NCBI GenBank assembly: GCA_050250895.1
Contig: JBFWNU010000001.1
Span: 584,008 to 648,007 of the forward strand
From: Vulcanimicrobiota bacterium
Lineage (GTDB): Bacteria; Vulcanimicrobiota; Xenobia; Xenobiales; JADMJV01
Length of the DNA stretch: 64,000 bases
Direction: 5' to 3'
Part shown: piece by piece, positions 38,984 through 48,923 of the stretch
Numbering within the stretch: the first letter of the stretch is position 1
How the letters are laid out: the number at the start of each line of letters is the position of its first letter
Position numbers and translations under genes: made by a program
The notes under the pieces: model-generated
Told to the model about the DNA's origin: nothing
The model's input: the letters and a program-made list of their open reading frames with translations, nothing else
Database searches by the model: none

Positions 38984-39544
38984 ATGTCAAACCAGCCCCA
39001 CAAATACGCCATTCTCGCTCTCTTGTTCGCACTCTTGATGGGATGTGGAGAGAAGGGACCGCCTTCTCAACCTCCGGCTACGTTCACCATCTTCAAGCAG
39101 AAAGTTGAGTTTTCTCCTCCGCCAGCCGACTGGAAGAAGCACACGCAGGCGATCGCAGAAAACGACAACGATATCATGGCGGTCGTCTTTGAGCCTGCCA
39201 GCGGTAAAGGTCATATCGCCGTCACCAACGAGCCCCTGGCCCCTGATGCCAAAGGCAACGTCGTCGAACTCGAAAACGATCAGGACACCCTCAACAAGAT
39301 CGCCATGGCCGTGATCAAGCGCGAGGGAGAGATCAGCAATCAGACCTACATCAAGGTCGATGGGCGCGACGCCTACCGCATGGAGTTCACCTACGGCAAC
39401 GGTAAACTCGAAATGCGAGGCATCGAGGTCCACTTCTCCAAGAACGGCTATCACTACGCCCTGGCCGTACACGCGCCAAAGGATGAATTCAAGTCCTACC
39501 AGCCCTACTTCGAGCAGGTGGTCAAGACCTTCAAAGTGCTGTAA
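38984..39544 (+). CDS. Lipoprotein, PsbP/Mog1-like fold
   Basis: Lipobox LMGC; PPADW, VDGRDAYR, FEQVVKTFKV. Confidence 0.7.
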   Translation: MSNQPHKYAILALLFALLMGCGEKGPPSQPPATFTIFKQKVEFSPPPADWKKHTQAIAENDNDIMAVVFEPASGKGHIAVTNEPLAPDAKGNVVELENDQDTLNKIAMAVIKREGEISNQTYIKVDGRDAYRMEFTYGNGKLEMRGIEVHFSKNGYHYALAVHAPKDEFKSYQPYFEQVVKTFKVL

Positions 39545-39998
39545 GAGCCAACTCCAGGGCCGCCTGACAGGCTTGCCGGCGAACTTCTGAGCGAGAGCCA
39601 CCAAATTGGTGGCTCTCCGCTTTTTGGCCTCCGGGCCAAACCAGCGCCACATAGACCAGGCCCACCGGCTTGGTGAAGGTGGCCCCACCGGGGCCGGCAA
39701 TGCCGGTCAGTCCGAGGCCGACCTCGGCGCCCAGTCGCTCACAGGCTCCCTGAGCCATGGCCAGGGCCGTCTCGGGAGCAACGGCTCCAGTCTTTCTCAA
39801 GTGGGCTTCGTCAAGGCCGAGCACGCGACACTTGACCTCGTTCTCGTAAGCCACCACACCGCCCACAAACCAGGCTGAACAGCCGGGCTGTTCGGTCAGC
39901 GTGGCGCTCACCAGGCCGCCGGTGCACGACTCGGCCACGGCCACTCGCCAGCCGTGGCTCGCCAAGCGCTGACTCAGTTGTGCGACCAGTTCATCCAT
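39531..39998 (-). CDS. CinA C-terminal domain protein / NMN deamidase PncC-like
   Basis: AESCTGG, PGCSAWF, TGIAGPGG..KPVGLV. Confidence 0.92.
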   Translation of the reverse strand: MDELVAQLSQRLASHGWRVAVAESCTGGLVSATLTEQPGCSAWFVGGVVAYENEVKCRVLGLDEAHLRKTGAVAPETALAMAQGACERLGAEVGLGLTGIAGPGGATFTKPVGLVYVALVWPGGQKAESHQFGGSRSEVRRQACQAALELALTAL

Positions 39999-40007
39999 CT
40001 CATAGGC

Positions 40008-40041
40008 AAAAGGCCGGGAGCGTTGCGCCGCCGGCCTTTTT
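40008..40041 (-). terminator. Intrinsic terminator after acpP
   Basis: AAAAGGCCGG...CCGGCCTTTTT, with T tracts on both strands. Confidence 0.75.
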
Positions 40042-40060
40042 CGCGATTGCGCGCTAAGGT

Positions 40061-40303
40061 CTAAGCTTCGACTTTGCGCTTTTCGATGTACTCGACCGCC
40101 TCTTTGACGCAGGTAATCTTCTCGGTATGGTCATCAGGAATCTCGAGGTCAAATTCGGTCTCGAAAGCCATCACCATCTCTACCGTATCAAGAGAATCCG
40201 CGCCGAGGTCTTCAACGAAGTGAGCGGTAGGAGTGACCTGCTCTGCCTCGACGCCGAGTTGTTCAATTACAATCTTTGTCACGCGTTCCTGAACGCTAGC
40301 CAT
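40061..40303 (-). CDS. acpP: Acyl carrier protein
   Basis: DLGADSLD phosphopantetheine site; GGAGG RBS. Confidence 0.97.
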   Translation of the reverse strand: MASVQERVTKIVIEQLGVEAEQVTPTAHFVEDLGADSLDTVEMVMAFETEFDLEIPDDHTEKITCVKEAVEYIEKRKVEA

Positions 40304-40321
40304 ACTAACACCTCCGTTAGG

Positions 40322-41062
40322 TCACATCACCATTCCACCGTCAACATTAAAAACCTGCCCGGTAATGTAGGCACTCGTAGGGCTGACCAGAAAACTGACC
40401 AGGCGAGCGACCTCTTCGGCCTGGCCCATTCTGCCCATCGGAATCTGAGCCAGAATCTGCTGCTGCACCTTCTCGGGAAGACCACTGGTCATCTCGGTTT
40501 CGATGTAGCCGGGCGCAACGGCGTTTACGGTGATGTTTCTCGAAGCTAATTCCCTGGCAACGGACTGAGTAAACCCGATCAGACCCGCTTTCGAAGCGGC
40601 ATAATTGGACTGGCCGGCGTTGCCGATCTGGCCGATGACCGAGGTGATATTGACGATGCGACCGTAGCGTTTCTTGAGCATGGTTTTGGAAGCCGCGCGG
40701 GTGCAGAGAAAGGCCGACTTGAGATTGACGTTGAGCACCGTGTCCCAGTCGGAGTCCTTCATCCGAAGCAAGACCGTATCCCGGGTCACTCCCGCGTTGT
40801 TGACCAGGATGTCCAGTTGCGAAAACTCTTCGAGGGTGCGGGCAATGAGGGCATCGACCTGCTCGGAGTCGCTCACGTCGGTGGCCACGCACAGGGCGGT
40901 GCCGCCAGCCTGGGTGATCTGCCCGGCCACCTCTTCAAGCTGGTCCTGACTGCGCGACGCCAGGACGACTTTGGCGCCGCGGGCAGCCAATTCGAGGGCG
41001 ATGGCCCGCCCGATGCCGCGACCCGCGCCGGTGACGACCGCTACTTGATCTTGAAGCTCCAT
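40322..41062 (-). CDS. fabG: 3-oxoacyl-ACP reductase
   Basis: TGAGRGIG, NNAG, YAASK, operon context. Confidence 0.96.
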   Translation of the reverse strand: MELQDQVAVVTGAGRGIGRAIALELAARGAKVVLASRSQDQLEEVAGQITQAGGTALCVATDVSDSEQVDALIARTLEEFSQLDILVNNAGVTRDTVLLRMKDSDWDTVLNVNLKSAFLCTRAASKTMLKKRYGRIVNITSVIGQIGNAGQSNYAASKAGLIGFTQSVARELASRNITVNAVAPGYIETEMTSGLPEKVQQQILAQIPMGRMGQAEEVARLVSFLVSPTSAYITGQVFNVDGGMVM

Positions 41063-41074
41063 GAAACCTCCTTG

Positions 41075-42097
41075 TTAGCCTCGGGCCCCGCCCGTCCAGC
41101 GAAGGGCCACGGCCCCCCAGGCCAGGCCTCCTCCGAAACCGACCAGCACGACCAGGTCACCGGGTTTGAGCCGACCCTGATCGCGAGCCTCGGAAAGTGC
41201 CAACGGGATCGAAGCACACGAGGTGTTTCCGTATTTCTCGAGATTGATGAAGACTCGCTCATCGGGCACTCCCAGGCGCTTGGCGGCCGAGCGAATGATC
41301 CGCATGTTGGCCTGGTGCGGGATAAACAGGTCGACATCCTCTGAGGTCAGGCCCGCCTTTTCGACGGCCGCCACCGCCGCCTCGCCCAGGGCCGACACGG
41401 CAAAACGATAGACCTCCTTGCCGTTCATCTGCAAGCTGTAATCTGCCTTGGTGAGACCTTCGGTCCCACCCGGCTGGGCTCCACCGCCGGCAGGGATGCG
41501 AAGGTGCGGCCCTCCGCTGCCGTCAGCCCCCAGGTGGTAAGAGAGAATGCCCTGGCCCTCGTCCACCCGGCCCAACACTACCGCTCCGGCACCGTCGCCG
41601 AAGAGCACGCAGGTGGAGCGGTCCTTCCAGTTCATTACCCGGGTCATGGTGTCGGCCCCAACCACCAGCACGTAGCGCAGAGCCCCGGTGGAAATAAACT
41701 GGGCGCCGACTGCCAGGCTGTAGGCAAACCCCGAGCAGGCGACCGAAACATCGAAGGCGCCGGCGTTGGTGGCCCCAAGCTTGTGCGAAATCAGACAGGC
41801 CGTGGCCGGCATCGGAGTATCCGGAGTCATGGTGCCTACCACCACCAGGTCGAGTTGCTCGGCGGTAATGCCGGCGTCTTCTAAAGCCAGACGAGCCGCT
41901 CGCACGCCCAGGTCGGAAGAGCACTCCTCGGCAGCCGCCATACGGCGCTCGTGAATGCCGGTGCGAGCGCGAATCCACTCGTCGGTGGTGTCGACCGTCT
42001 TCTCCAACTCTTTGTTGGTGACGATTTTTTCCGGTACATAGTGACCAAGACCCACTACCCCGACGGGTTGGGTCTTGATGGCGTTAGGGCTGGCCAC
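41075..42097 (-). CDS. fabH: 3-oxoacyl-ACP synthase III
   Basis: ACSGF, FGDGAGA, HQAN, GNTS. Confidence 0.96.
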   Translation of the reverse strand: MASPNAIKTQPVGVVGLGHYVPEKIVTNKELEKTVDTTDEWIRARTGIHERRMAAAEECSSDLGVRAARLALEDAGITAEQLDLVVVGTMTPDTPMPATACLISHKLGATNAGAFDVSVACSGFAYSLAVGAQFISTGALRYVLVVGADTMTRVMNWKDRSTCVLFGDGAGAVVLGRVDEGQGILSYHLGADGSGGPHLRIPAGGGAQPGGTEGLTKADYSLQMNGKEVYRFAVSALGEAAVAAVEKAGLTSEDVDLFIPHQANMRIIRSAAKRLGVPDERVFINLEKYGNTSCASIPLALSEARDQGRLKPGDLVVLVGFGGGLAWGAVALRWTGGARG

Positions 42098-42108
42098 AGC
42101 GCTCGGGA

Positions 42109-42300
42109 TTATTCTTCGTCGTCTACTTCAAACGCAATGACCTGACGACCCTTGTAGGTGCCACAGGTCAGACAAAGCCGATGAGGCAGCGTCGGGCTTC
42201 CGCAGTTCCGGCACTTGATCGCGTTCGGAGCGCTGAGAGCTTGGTGGGAGCGGCGCTTGCGCGTGCGCGCGCGGGACAGTTTATATTTCGGTTGAGCCAT
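42109..42300 (-). CDS. rpmF: 50S ribosomal protein L32
   Basis: MAQPK..SRARTRKRRSH, CxxC...HxxCxxCG. Confidence 0.96.
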   Translation of the reverse strand: MAQPKYKLSRARTRKRRSHQALSAPNAIKCRNCGSPTLPHRLCLTCGTYKGRQVIAFEVDDEE

Positions 42301-42315
42301 CGCTCTTGAAGCCTC

Positions 42316-42846
42316 CTATGAAATGCTTTCCTTCTTGCCATTAGCGCCTTTGAGCTTCATCAAAGGTGCCCAGCGGGGGTCGAACCCTTCGGGCTCGCAG
42401 GTACATCTACCTTTGTTCAGGTCGGCCCCACATTGGTCGCACAAGCCCTTGCAGTCTTCTTTGCAGACCGGCTGCATCGGCTCGGCGGCCACCACTTCTT
42501 GTCGAATCAACTCGTCAAAGACGACCCGGTCGTCGACGAAGGTGAGGATGTTGAGCACATCCACGCCCTCCGCCATCGCCTCGGGGCTGCCTTCGGGCAC
42601 GAAGCTATCATCGATGTCGAGTTCTAGCGGCTGCGGGAAGCTCTCGGCACACCGAGAACAGCTGAGCAGAGCCGTCAGACCGATCGTTCCCTGCACCACA
42701 ATGCGGCTGCCCGCATTGCTCAGGCGCAGGTGGACATCCACCGGTCCGTCAAGTTCTGCCCCCTCGATCTCTAAAGGACCTTCGTAGTCGAAGTCCTTCC
42801 ACAACCCGGGGCTTTTTAATATCTCCTTGATACTGACGTATAGCAT
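42316..42846 (-). CDS. yceD: YceD/DUF177 family protein
   Basis: CSRC, CKEDCKGLCDQCG, DPRWAPL; upstream of rpmF. Confidence 0.92.
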   Translation of the reverse strand: MLYVSIKEILKSPGLWKDFDYEGPLEIEGAELDGPVDVHLRLSNAGSRIVVQGTIGLTALLSCSRCAESFPQPLELDIDDSFVPEGSPEAMAEGVDVLNILTFVDDRVVFDELIRQEVVAAEPMQPVCKEDCKGLCDQCGADLNKGRCTCEPEGFDPRWAPLMKLKGANGKKESIS

Positions 42847-42890
42847 CTGGTCCTCGGGCCACGGTTGACGGGAGTCTCGCGCAGGCGAAT

Positions 42891-42919
42891 AGTATAACGA
42901 CCAGCCTTGCCGGTGTCAA
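42891..42919 (-). promoter_or_regulatory. Sigma70-type promoter of the yceD-rpmF-fab operon
   Basis: Minus strand TTGACA-N17-TATACT. Confidence 0.85.
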
Positions 42920-43746
42920 TCGACCGAGAAGGTCCAGTCGTAATGAACCTGGTTGCCGGCGGCGTCTTTTAGCCAAACTCGCGCCTGATGTAGCCCCGGA
43001 GCCAGTGCTAGCCCCCGCCCCAGCACCACTTCGGAGGTAGCCTGGGAGGGCAGCTCGACCCCATCAACGGACAGGCTGGCACCGGTCACCAGGGTGCCGA
43101 GGGAACGATAGCGGGCAAAGACCGTGGTGCGCCCGCCGCCGGTCTCGAGTAGCACAGGAGGCGTCGCGGCCAGGCTCACTCGCGGGCCGAGCCTCACCGG
43201 ATAGCTGAGCCCGGCTCGCTCGTAACGGCCCAGCACATAGGTCTGACGGGCATCCATGCCGGGCTTGACGGTGAGGCGACCACGGTAGATTCCGGGCTTG
43301 ACCTCGATCGCCTCGACCCCCCAGGCCAGTCCCACCACGTCAAAGCTGGCCCGCCCACCAGCCGAGGCGCGCATTTCGACCTCGAGCACCTGACCCTGAC
43401 GAAAAGGCCCTCCTGAGGTTAGACCGACCTGCCAGAGGTCGGCAGCACCGTCGACGGACTCGCGCTCGGCGGCCGCGTCGACCACGTCGATACGCAGCAC
43501 CCGACCTGTCTTGTCATCCCAGCGAACAAAGGCCGCCCGCTGGCGCGGCAACTGCTCGAGCGGCACCACCCGGCCATTGAGAAAGCCCGACGAGACCCCG
43601 CTGGCATCGAGATTGAGTCCTTCGTCGATCGTGTCGAGCAAAAGGTCTCCGTAGCGGATGTCAACCAGGGCTCCCCCGGTCAGCACCGGCTCGGCCCAAC
43701 CATGAGCCCACAACAGCAGGCATAGGGCCAGCCGGCGCCAGGTCAC
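42916..43746 (-). CDS. Secreted hypothetical protein (Ig-like domains)
   Basis: Signal peptide; EVKPGIYRG and DAAGN..WTFSV motifs; GTGA overlap with pyrG. Confidence 0.7.
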   Translation of the reverse strand: MTWRRLALCLLLWAHGWAEPVLTGGALVDIRYGDLLLDTIDEGLNLDASGVSSGFLNGRVVPLEQLPRQRAAFVRWDDKTGRVLRIDVVDAAAERESVDGAADLWQVGLTSGGPFRQGQVLEVEMRASAGGRASFDVVGLAWGVEAIEVKPGIYRGRLTVKPGMDARQTYVLGRYERAGLSYPVRLGPRVSLAATPPVLLETGGGRTTVFARYRSLGTLVTGASLSVDGVELPSQATSEVVLGRGLALAPGLHQARVWLKDAAGNQVHYDWTFSVD

Positions 43747-45389
43747 GATACGGCGGCAGGGGTGGCGATGGGGGCGCGCGTTTTGTGGAACTCTACGGCC
43801 GCGGCCACAAAATCTCGGAAGAGCGGATGAGATCGGTAGGGCCTGGAGAGGAACTCGGGATGGAACTGGCAGGCCAAAAACCAGGGATGGTCTGGCAGTT
43901 CAACCATCTCCACCAGATTGCGTTCGGGGTTGATCCCGCTAAAGACCAGTCCGTGCTCGGCCAACTTGTCACGATACTGATTGTTGACCTCGAAGCGGTG
44001 TCGATGCCGCTCGGAAATCTCTTCGTTGCCATAGGCCGCAAAGGCTTTGGTGCCGGGCTTGACCTGGCAGGCGAACTCGCCGAGTCGCATGGAAGCACCC
44101 ATCTGCTCGATGTGGCGCTGGTCAGGCATATGCGTAATCACGGGCTGAGCGGTGCCCGGTTCGACTTCAGTCGAGTGGGCTTTCTCCATCCCGCACACGT
44201 GGCGGGCGAACTCGACTACGGCCCACTGCAAACCATAGCAGATACCGAAGTAGGGAACCTTATTCTCACGGGCATACTGAATAGCCCGCAGCTTTCCCTC
44301 GACTCCGCGAGCGCCAAAGCCGCCGGGCACCAGCACCCCGTCGGCCTGCTGCAAGATGTCGAAACCCTCACCCTCGAATAGGCGCGAAGCGTCGAGGCGG
44401 TCGATTTCGACGCGAGTATCATTGGCGATGCCGGCGTGAGTCAGGGCCTCGGCGATGGACAGATAGGCATCCTTGATCTCGACGTACTTACCCACCAGGG
44501 CAATGCGAATGGCTTCGGTGGGCTTTTTGAGCTTGCGCACCATCTCGTGCCAATCCTCGAGTTCGGGCTCACGCTTTTCGAGGCCCAACTTATCGGTGAT
44601 GAAATCGCCCAGGCCTTGCTTCTCGAGGCGCAGCGGCACCTCGTAGATGGTGGGCACGTCGCGGCAAGCAAACACCGCGTTGGGAGAAACATCACCATAA
44701 AGGGCGATCTTCTTGATGTGCTCGTCGGCCAGACTGCGGCCGGTTCGACACACGATCACATCGGGCTGAATCCCGATGGCGCGCAATTCTTTGACCGAGT
44801 GCTGGGTCGGCTTGGTCTTGAGCTCGCCGGCCGCCCCAATGTGCGGAACCAGCGTGACATGCACATACATGACCCGCCCTGGCTCGAAATCGTTCTTCAC
44901 CTGGCGAATAGCCTCGAGAAAAGGTAATCCCTCGATGTCACCAACCGTTCCGCCGACCTCGACGATCGAAACATCGGCGTTACTCTCGTTAGAGACCTGG
45001 CGAATCATCAGCTTGATCTGGTCGGTGATGTGAGGAATCACACGCACCGTATCACCCAGATAGTCGCCCTTGCGCTCTTTCTCGATCACGGCGCCATAGA
45101 CTTTGCCGGTGGTGACGTTGTTCTCGGCCTTGAGCTGGCAATCGACGTAACGCTCGTAGTGACCCAGGTCGAGGTCGGTTTCAGCCCCGTCGGTAGTGAC
45201 GTAGACCTCGCCGTGCTGATAAGGATTCATGGTCCCGGCATCGACATTAATGTAAGGGTCGAGCTTTTGGATGGTGACCGAGTAGCCCCGACTCTTGAGC
45301 AGGCAGCCGATGGACGAGGCGACGATGCCCTTACCAAGCGACGAGACGACGCCCCCGGTGACGAAAATGTAGCGAACTGGTTTATGCAT
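43743..45389 (-). CDS. pyrG: CTP synthase
   Basis: GGVVSSLGKG, KTKPTQHSV, GICYG, QFHPEF. Confidence 0.98.
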   Translation of the reverse strand: MHKPVRYIFVTGGVVSSLGKGIVASSIGCLLKSRGYSVTIQKLDPYINVDAGTMNPYQHGEVYVTTDGAETDLDLGHYERYVDCQLKAENNVTTGKVYGAVIEKERKGDYLGDTVRVIPHITDQIKLMIRQVSNESNADVSIVEVGGTVGDIEGLPFLEAIRQVKNDFEPGRVMYVHVTLVPHIGAAGELKTKPTQHSVKELRAIGIQPDVIVCRTGRSLADEHIKKIALYGDVSPNAVFACRDVPTIYEVPLRLEKQGLGDFITDKLGLEKREPELEDWHEMVRKLKKPTEAIRIALVGKYVEIKDAYLSIAEALTHAGIANDTRVEIDRLDASRLFEGEGFDILQQADGVLVPGGFGARGVEGKLRAIQYARENKVPYFGICYGLQWAVVEFARHVCGMEKAHSTEVEPGTAQPVITHMPDQRHIEQMGASMRLGEFACQVKPGTKAFAAYGNEEISERHRHRFEVNNQYRDKLAEHGLVFSGINPERNLVEMVELPDHPWFLACQFHPEFLSRPYRSHPLFRDFVAAAVEFHKTRAPIATPAAVS

Positions 45390-46059
45390 GCCTTAAAATG
45401 ATGACCTTCGTGTCGGATGGCAAACGGGCGAGTTCGACATCGGTGGCCATGGTGGCCGCGTCCTCGACGTTGCTCATCTTGCTGGTGAAATCTTCAATCT
45501 TGAAGTCACAGAGGTCGTGATTTTCGACCTGCGGAGTCTTGTAGTGCATGGGGAAGACGATCTTTGGCTCGAGCTGGTTGATGACCAACACCGCCTCGGT
45601 CGGGTCGATGGTCTCCTTGCCGCCAACAGGTAGAAAGACGACGTCCACCTTGCCGATGATCTTCTGTTGCATGTCGGTCAGGATGTGCCCCAGGTCGCCC
45701 AGGTGAGCGAAGTGGATACCTTCCCAGAACCAGTGCCAAACAGTGTTCGGCCCTCGCTTGCGGCCCTGATAGTTGTCGTGGTGCGTGGGAATGCCATGAA
45801 AGGTGAGGGTCTCGCCGGTGCGAGGAATCGTCAACTCATTCTCGCACTGGAACTCGTGGGTGCGCTTGATGATCATCGGGTTGCCGTTGACCCGAAAGTC
45901 GGCGTTGTGGTCGCGGTGCTCGTGAGAGATGACGACGACGTCCGCGTCCAAGGGTGGGAACTCATAGGGAATGTGAGTGCCGTAGGGGTCGAGCACTACC
46001 ACCGTGCCTTTGGTGGAGGCGACCCGAAAACTGGCATGACCAAGATAGCGAACGTTCAT
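45382..46059 (-). CDS. Metallo-beta-lactamase-fold hydrolase
   Basis: GHASF, SHEHRDH, HLGDLG, PMHY. Confidence 0.92.
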   Translation of the reverse strand: MNVRYLGHASFRVASTKGTVVVLDPYGTHIPYEFPPLDADVVVISHEHRDHNADFRVNGNPMIIKRTHEFQCENELTIPRTGETLTFHGIPTHHDNYQGRKRGPNTVWHWFWEGIHFAHLGDLGHILTDMQQKIIGKVDVVFLPVGGKETIDPTEAVLVINQLEPKIVFPMHYKTPQVENHDLCDFKIEDFTSKMSNVEDAATMATDVELARLPSDTKVIILRHA

Positions 46060-46071
46060 CTCTTCCTCCGG

Positions 46072-46323
46072 TTAGTATCCTCGGCTGGCTGGTGCCACCA
46101 TGACGACCTGAGATTTATTGACCGCGATGAACTCGAGCGAGTCGAGCGGAGTGCTACCCGTGACTTCATAGATGTCGGCACGAGTCAGGGGAATGAACCC
46201 CCGGTCTTTGTTGATCTCATCGAGCAGGCGCCCCCCCGGCACGACGTGGACATCGCCTTCGAGGCGATAGGTGTTCGTCAGCAGAATCACTCGGATCGCT
46301 TCCTTGACCGCCCTGGCACACAT
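46072..46323 (-). CDS. Small conserved hypothetical protein (DUF6812-like)
   Basis: LEGDVH...RLLDEIN...FIPLT...FIAVNKSQV pattern. Confidence 0.65.
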   Translation of the reverse strand: MCARAVKEAIRVILLTNTYRLEGDVHVVPGGRLLDEINKDRGFIPLTRADIYEVTGSTPLDSLEFIAVNKSQVVMVAPASRGY

Positions 46324-46386
46324 CCTCTAAGCCTCCGCTCGTTTCGTCGGGCCCGCTTTTGACACGGCCGTTGCGAATCCTTTCCT

Positions 46387-46415
46387 TTGACACTCTGTAG
46401 GGCAGGTGATATACT
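46387..46415 (+). promoter_or_regulatory. Sigma70-type promoter, near-leaderless transcript
   Basis: TTGACA-N17-TATACT ending 11 nt before ATG 46427. Confidence 0.85.
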
Positions 46416-46426
46416 CCCGCTGACCT

Positions 46427-47677
46427 ATGAACAAGAAAAAAATATGGACAACTATCGACGAAAATAGCCAGAGGGTAGCCGAAGCCAACGAGCTGGTCCT
46501 GCCCGGCGACCCCTTTCGTCTCACCAACGACCAGAGCAAGGCGGTAGAGACCATCAACAAGATGGTGGCTGACGGCAAGAAACGCATCCTGCTCAAAGCG
46601 CCCACCGGGGCTGGAAAGACCGAGGTCTTTCTACGCGTGAGCGTCACCCAGGCCCTCGAACAAGGCGGCCACGTGGTGTTGCTGATCCCTACCCGCGACC
46701 TGGCTCGCCAGCAACACCAGTATTTCAGCGACCGGTTGGCCGACACCGGCCTGGCCGCCGACCAGATGCACGGAGGGGTTCCTCCTCGCACTCGTCGCTC
46801 GATCATCGAAGATGTGACCAAGCGCGAGACCCAGTTCGTGGTCGGTAGCGCCATGCTCTTGCAGCACCGCAAGTATCGTGACCTGCTCGAGACTGCCGCG
46901 CTCATCGTGGTCGACGACGTGAACGCCTTCGACGAAGACGAAGACCTGGCTCACCTGCGCGGACTGCCGACCCCCGTCCTGTTCGCCACGGCCACTCCCG
47001 ACGCGGTGGCGCGCTTCTTGCGCCAGGAAAAGGCCTTCGACAACATGTTCGAGATGAGCCAGATGCCGTTCGACTCGCCTCCTACCGAGATCCACAAGAT
47101 CGACGCCAGTTGGAACGAGAACATCTTCTCTCAGATCGACATGGGGATGGAGGTGCTCAAGCACCACATCGACGAGGGCAGCCGCATCTACATCATCAGC
47201 CGCACCCGCGCCCGGGTGCCGGTCATCGGCCAGTATGTACGCGATCGCCTGGGCGTGCCCGTTTCGATCTTGCACGGCGAGATGGCCGACACCAGCGAGC
47301 ACCGTCGGCGCATGCGTGGGCGTAGCAAGGGTCCGACCGAAGACCGCGTGACCATGATGAAGACCTTCCGCGAGAATAAGCCCGCCATTTTGGTGGCTAC
47401 CAATCTGGTGGGCTCGGGCCTCGACATTCCCATGGCCGACATGGTGCTGGTGACCGACTCGGACCACTTCGGCGAAGCCGAGATCGAGCAGTTGCTCGGT
47501 CGCGTCGGCCGCCGGGAGCGGGCCTCGGACGCCGTCTTGATCCGGGGCACCACGGCTTCACCCCGAGCGGGTGATGTCCGGGTCAAGGCCAACACCCGGG
47601 TGCGAAAAGGCAAGGTGATTCACACCTATCAGGCCATTCCGGTGGGACGCCGCCGCCCCTCACGCCGGCTCGTTTAG
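46427..47677 (+). CDS. SF2 helicase-like protein related to the RecG motor domain
   Basis: PFRLTNDQ, PTGAGKT, PTRDLARQ, TATP, LHG, QLLGRVGR; motif II reads DDVN. Confidence 0.85.
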   Translation: MNKKKIWTTIDENSQRVAEANELVLPGDPFRLTNDQSKAVETINKMVADGKKRILLKAPTGAGKTEVFLRVSVTQALEQGGHVVLLIPTRDLARQQHQYFSDRLADTGLAADQMHGGVPPRTRRSIIEDVTKRETQFVVGSAMLLQHRKYRDLLETAALIVVDDVNAFDEDEDLAHLRGLPTPVLFATATPDAVARFLRQEKAFDNMFEMSQMPFDSPPTEIHKIDASWNENIFSQIDMGMEVLKHHIDEGSRIYIISRTRARVPVIGQYVRDRLGVPVSILHGEMADTSEHRRRMRGRSKGPTEDRVTMMKTFRENKPAILVATNLVGSGLDIPMADMVLVTDSDHFGEAEIEQLLGRVGRRERASDAVLIRGTTASPRAGDVRVKANTRVRKGKVIHTYQAIPVGRRRPSRRLV

Positions 47678-47693
47678 TCGTCAGACGGTAGAG
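47676..47693 (+). repeat. Heptamer repeat (AGACGGT family)
   Basis: AGTCGTC AGACGGT AGAG overlapping the stop codon. Confidence 0.8.
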
Positions 47694-47792
47694 CTGGCCG
47701 GGGGTTAGCGTGATTCGGCGGTGGGGGCTGCCGAAGGGCCGGCCGGGACCCGCCGAGGCGAGGCGCCAGCAAGCCTTAACAAGCTGTTTACT

Positions 47793-47822
47793 TGAGGCCG
47801 AGTTTCTACAAACTCGGCCTCA
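47793..47822. promoter_or_regulatory. Perfect 13-bp inverted repeat (operator or terminator)
   Basis: TGAGGCCGAGTTT-CTAC-AAACTCGGCCTCA. Confidence 0.6.
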
Positions 47823-47845
47823 GGTGTGTTTTCTACGATGTCAGA

Positions 47846-48820
47846 GTGAAAACCAACAACCTCACCTCGAAGGCTGCCCCGACCACCGCCCCCCGTCCGC
47901 GCCAAGCCGCACCTAAGCCCAAGCCGGCTAGCCGAGGCCCGGATGTAGTGGCGCTTAGTGGTGACCGGGGCAGGCCCAGCCCGAACTTTGAAGACTTCGC
48001 CAGCAAATGGCTTGGCCAGGGCGAGGCGGCCGGTAAGCCCAGGCCGACCGTCCAGCCAGCGGCCTCGCCACCCACTCCGCGCCCGGCCCCAACCCCATCG
48101 CCGGACCCGACCCGCCGCTTGACACCAGAGCTACAGAAGGCCTACGACCGGGCCCAGCAGCGCTTTGGACACATCCCCGGGGCCCAGATCGAGGTGGTGG
48201 CCAGTCCCGGCAATGGCGGCAAGCCGGTGGTGATGCTGCGCCATGCCGATGGTAAGAAGGATGGCTACAACGCCCAGATGCACTTCCACGGTGACCAGTT
48301 GTTCGACCAGCGAGTCGGCTATGACAAAGAGCTCGGCCAGGCGGTCGAGCGAGCCTGGCAAAAGAGCAAAGATACCGTCTTTATCCTGCCCGAGGCTCAG
48401 AACGAAGACAGGGCTCCCCGCAGCGACTGGAATAACGCGTCTAACCTGGGTCGCATCATGAACGACGGACTCCGAGGACTGGGCCTGGATCCCGCGGCGG
48501 CGGGCAGTCGCACCGTGAGTGGCCATTCGGCCGGTGGCTCGGTCATCGCCAAGGCCCTGGCCCGAGGAGAGTTGCGCGACTTTGACCGCATCGAACTGCA
48601 TGACGCGGCGGTAGGCAGCACCCACAACCATGTGTCGCCCGCCGAACGGGCTCGCGTGGCCGCCTATGCCCGCAGCCATCCCCACCAGTTCGTGGTCATG
48701 CCTGGCATCATGACCAACAGCGCCTGGAATCAGTACGTCGACCGCTCCCGCTTTTTGCCCCGCGCCAGCGATCACTGGACCCCTCTCTGGAACTCGCTCG
48801 GTCAGTTTCGCGAACCTTAA
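47846..48820 (+). CDS. Alpha/beta hydrolase-like protein with Pro-rich N-terminal leader
   Basis: HFHG, FILPEA, nucleophile motif SGHSAGG, LHDA, C-terminal DH; GTG start inferred. Confidence 0.7.
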   Translation: MKTNNLTSKAAPTTAPRPRQAAPKPKPASRGPDVVALSGDRGRPSPNFEDFASKWLGQGEAAGKPRPTVQPAASPPTPRPAPTPSPDPTRRLTPELQKAYDRAQQRFGHIPGAQIEVVASPGNGGKPVVMLRHADGKKDGYNAQMHFHGDQLFDQRVGYDKELGQAVERAWQKSKDTVFILPEAQNEDRAPRSDWNNASNLGRIMNDGLRGLGLDPAAAGSRTVSGHSAGGSVIAKALARGELRDFDRIELHDAAVGSTHNHVSPAERARVAAYARSHPHQFVVMPGIMTNSAWNQYVDRSRFLPRASDHWTPLWNSLGQFREP

Positions 48821-48923
48821 CAATCTCGTTTACAAAAAGTTAACCTGATCCGGATTTTTTCCAAGAACCTGAGCAAGGTTGGACCTCTACCATAGAATCA
48901 AGATCCTGCACTCGGAGAGGCCT

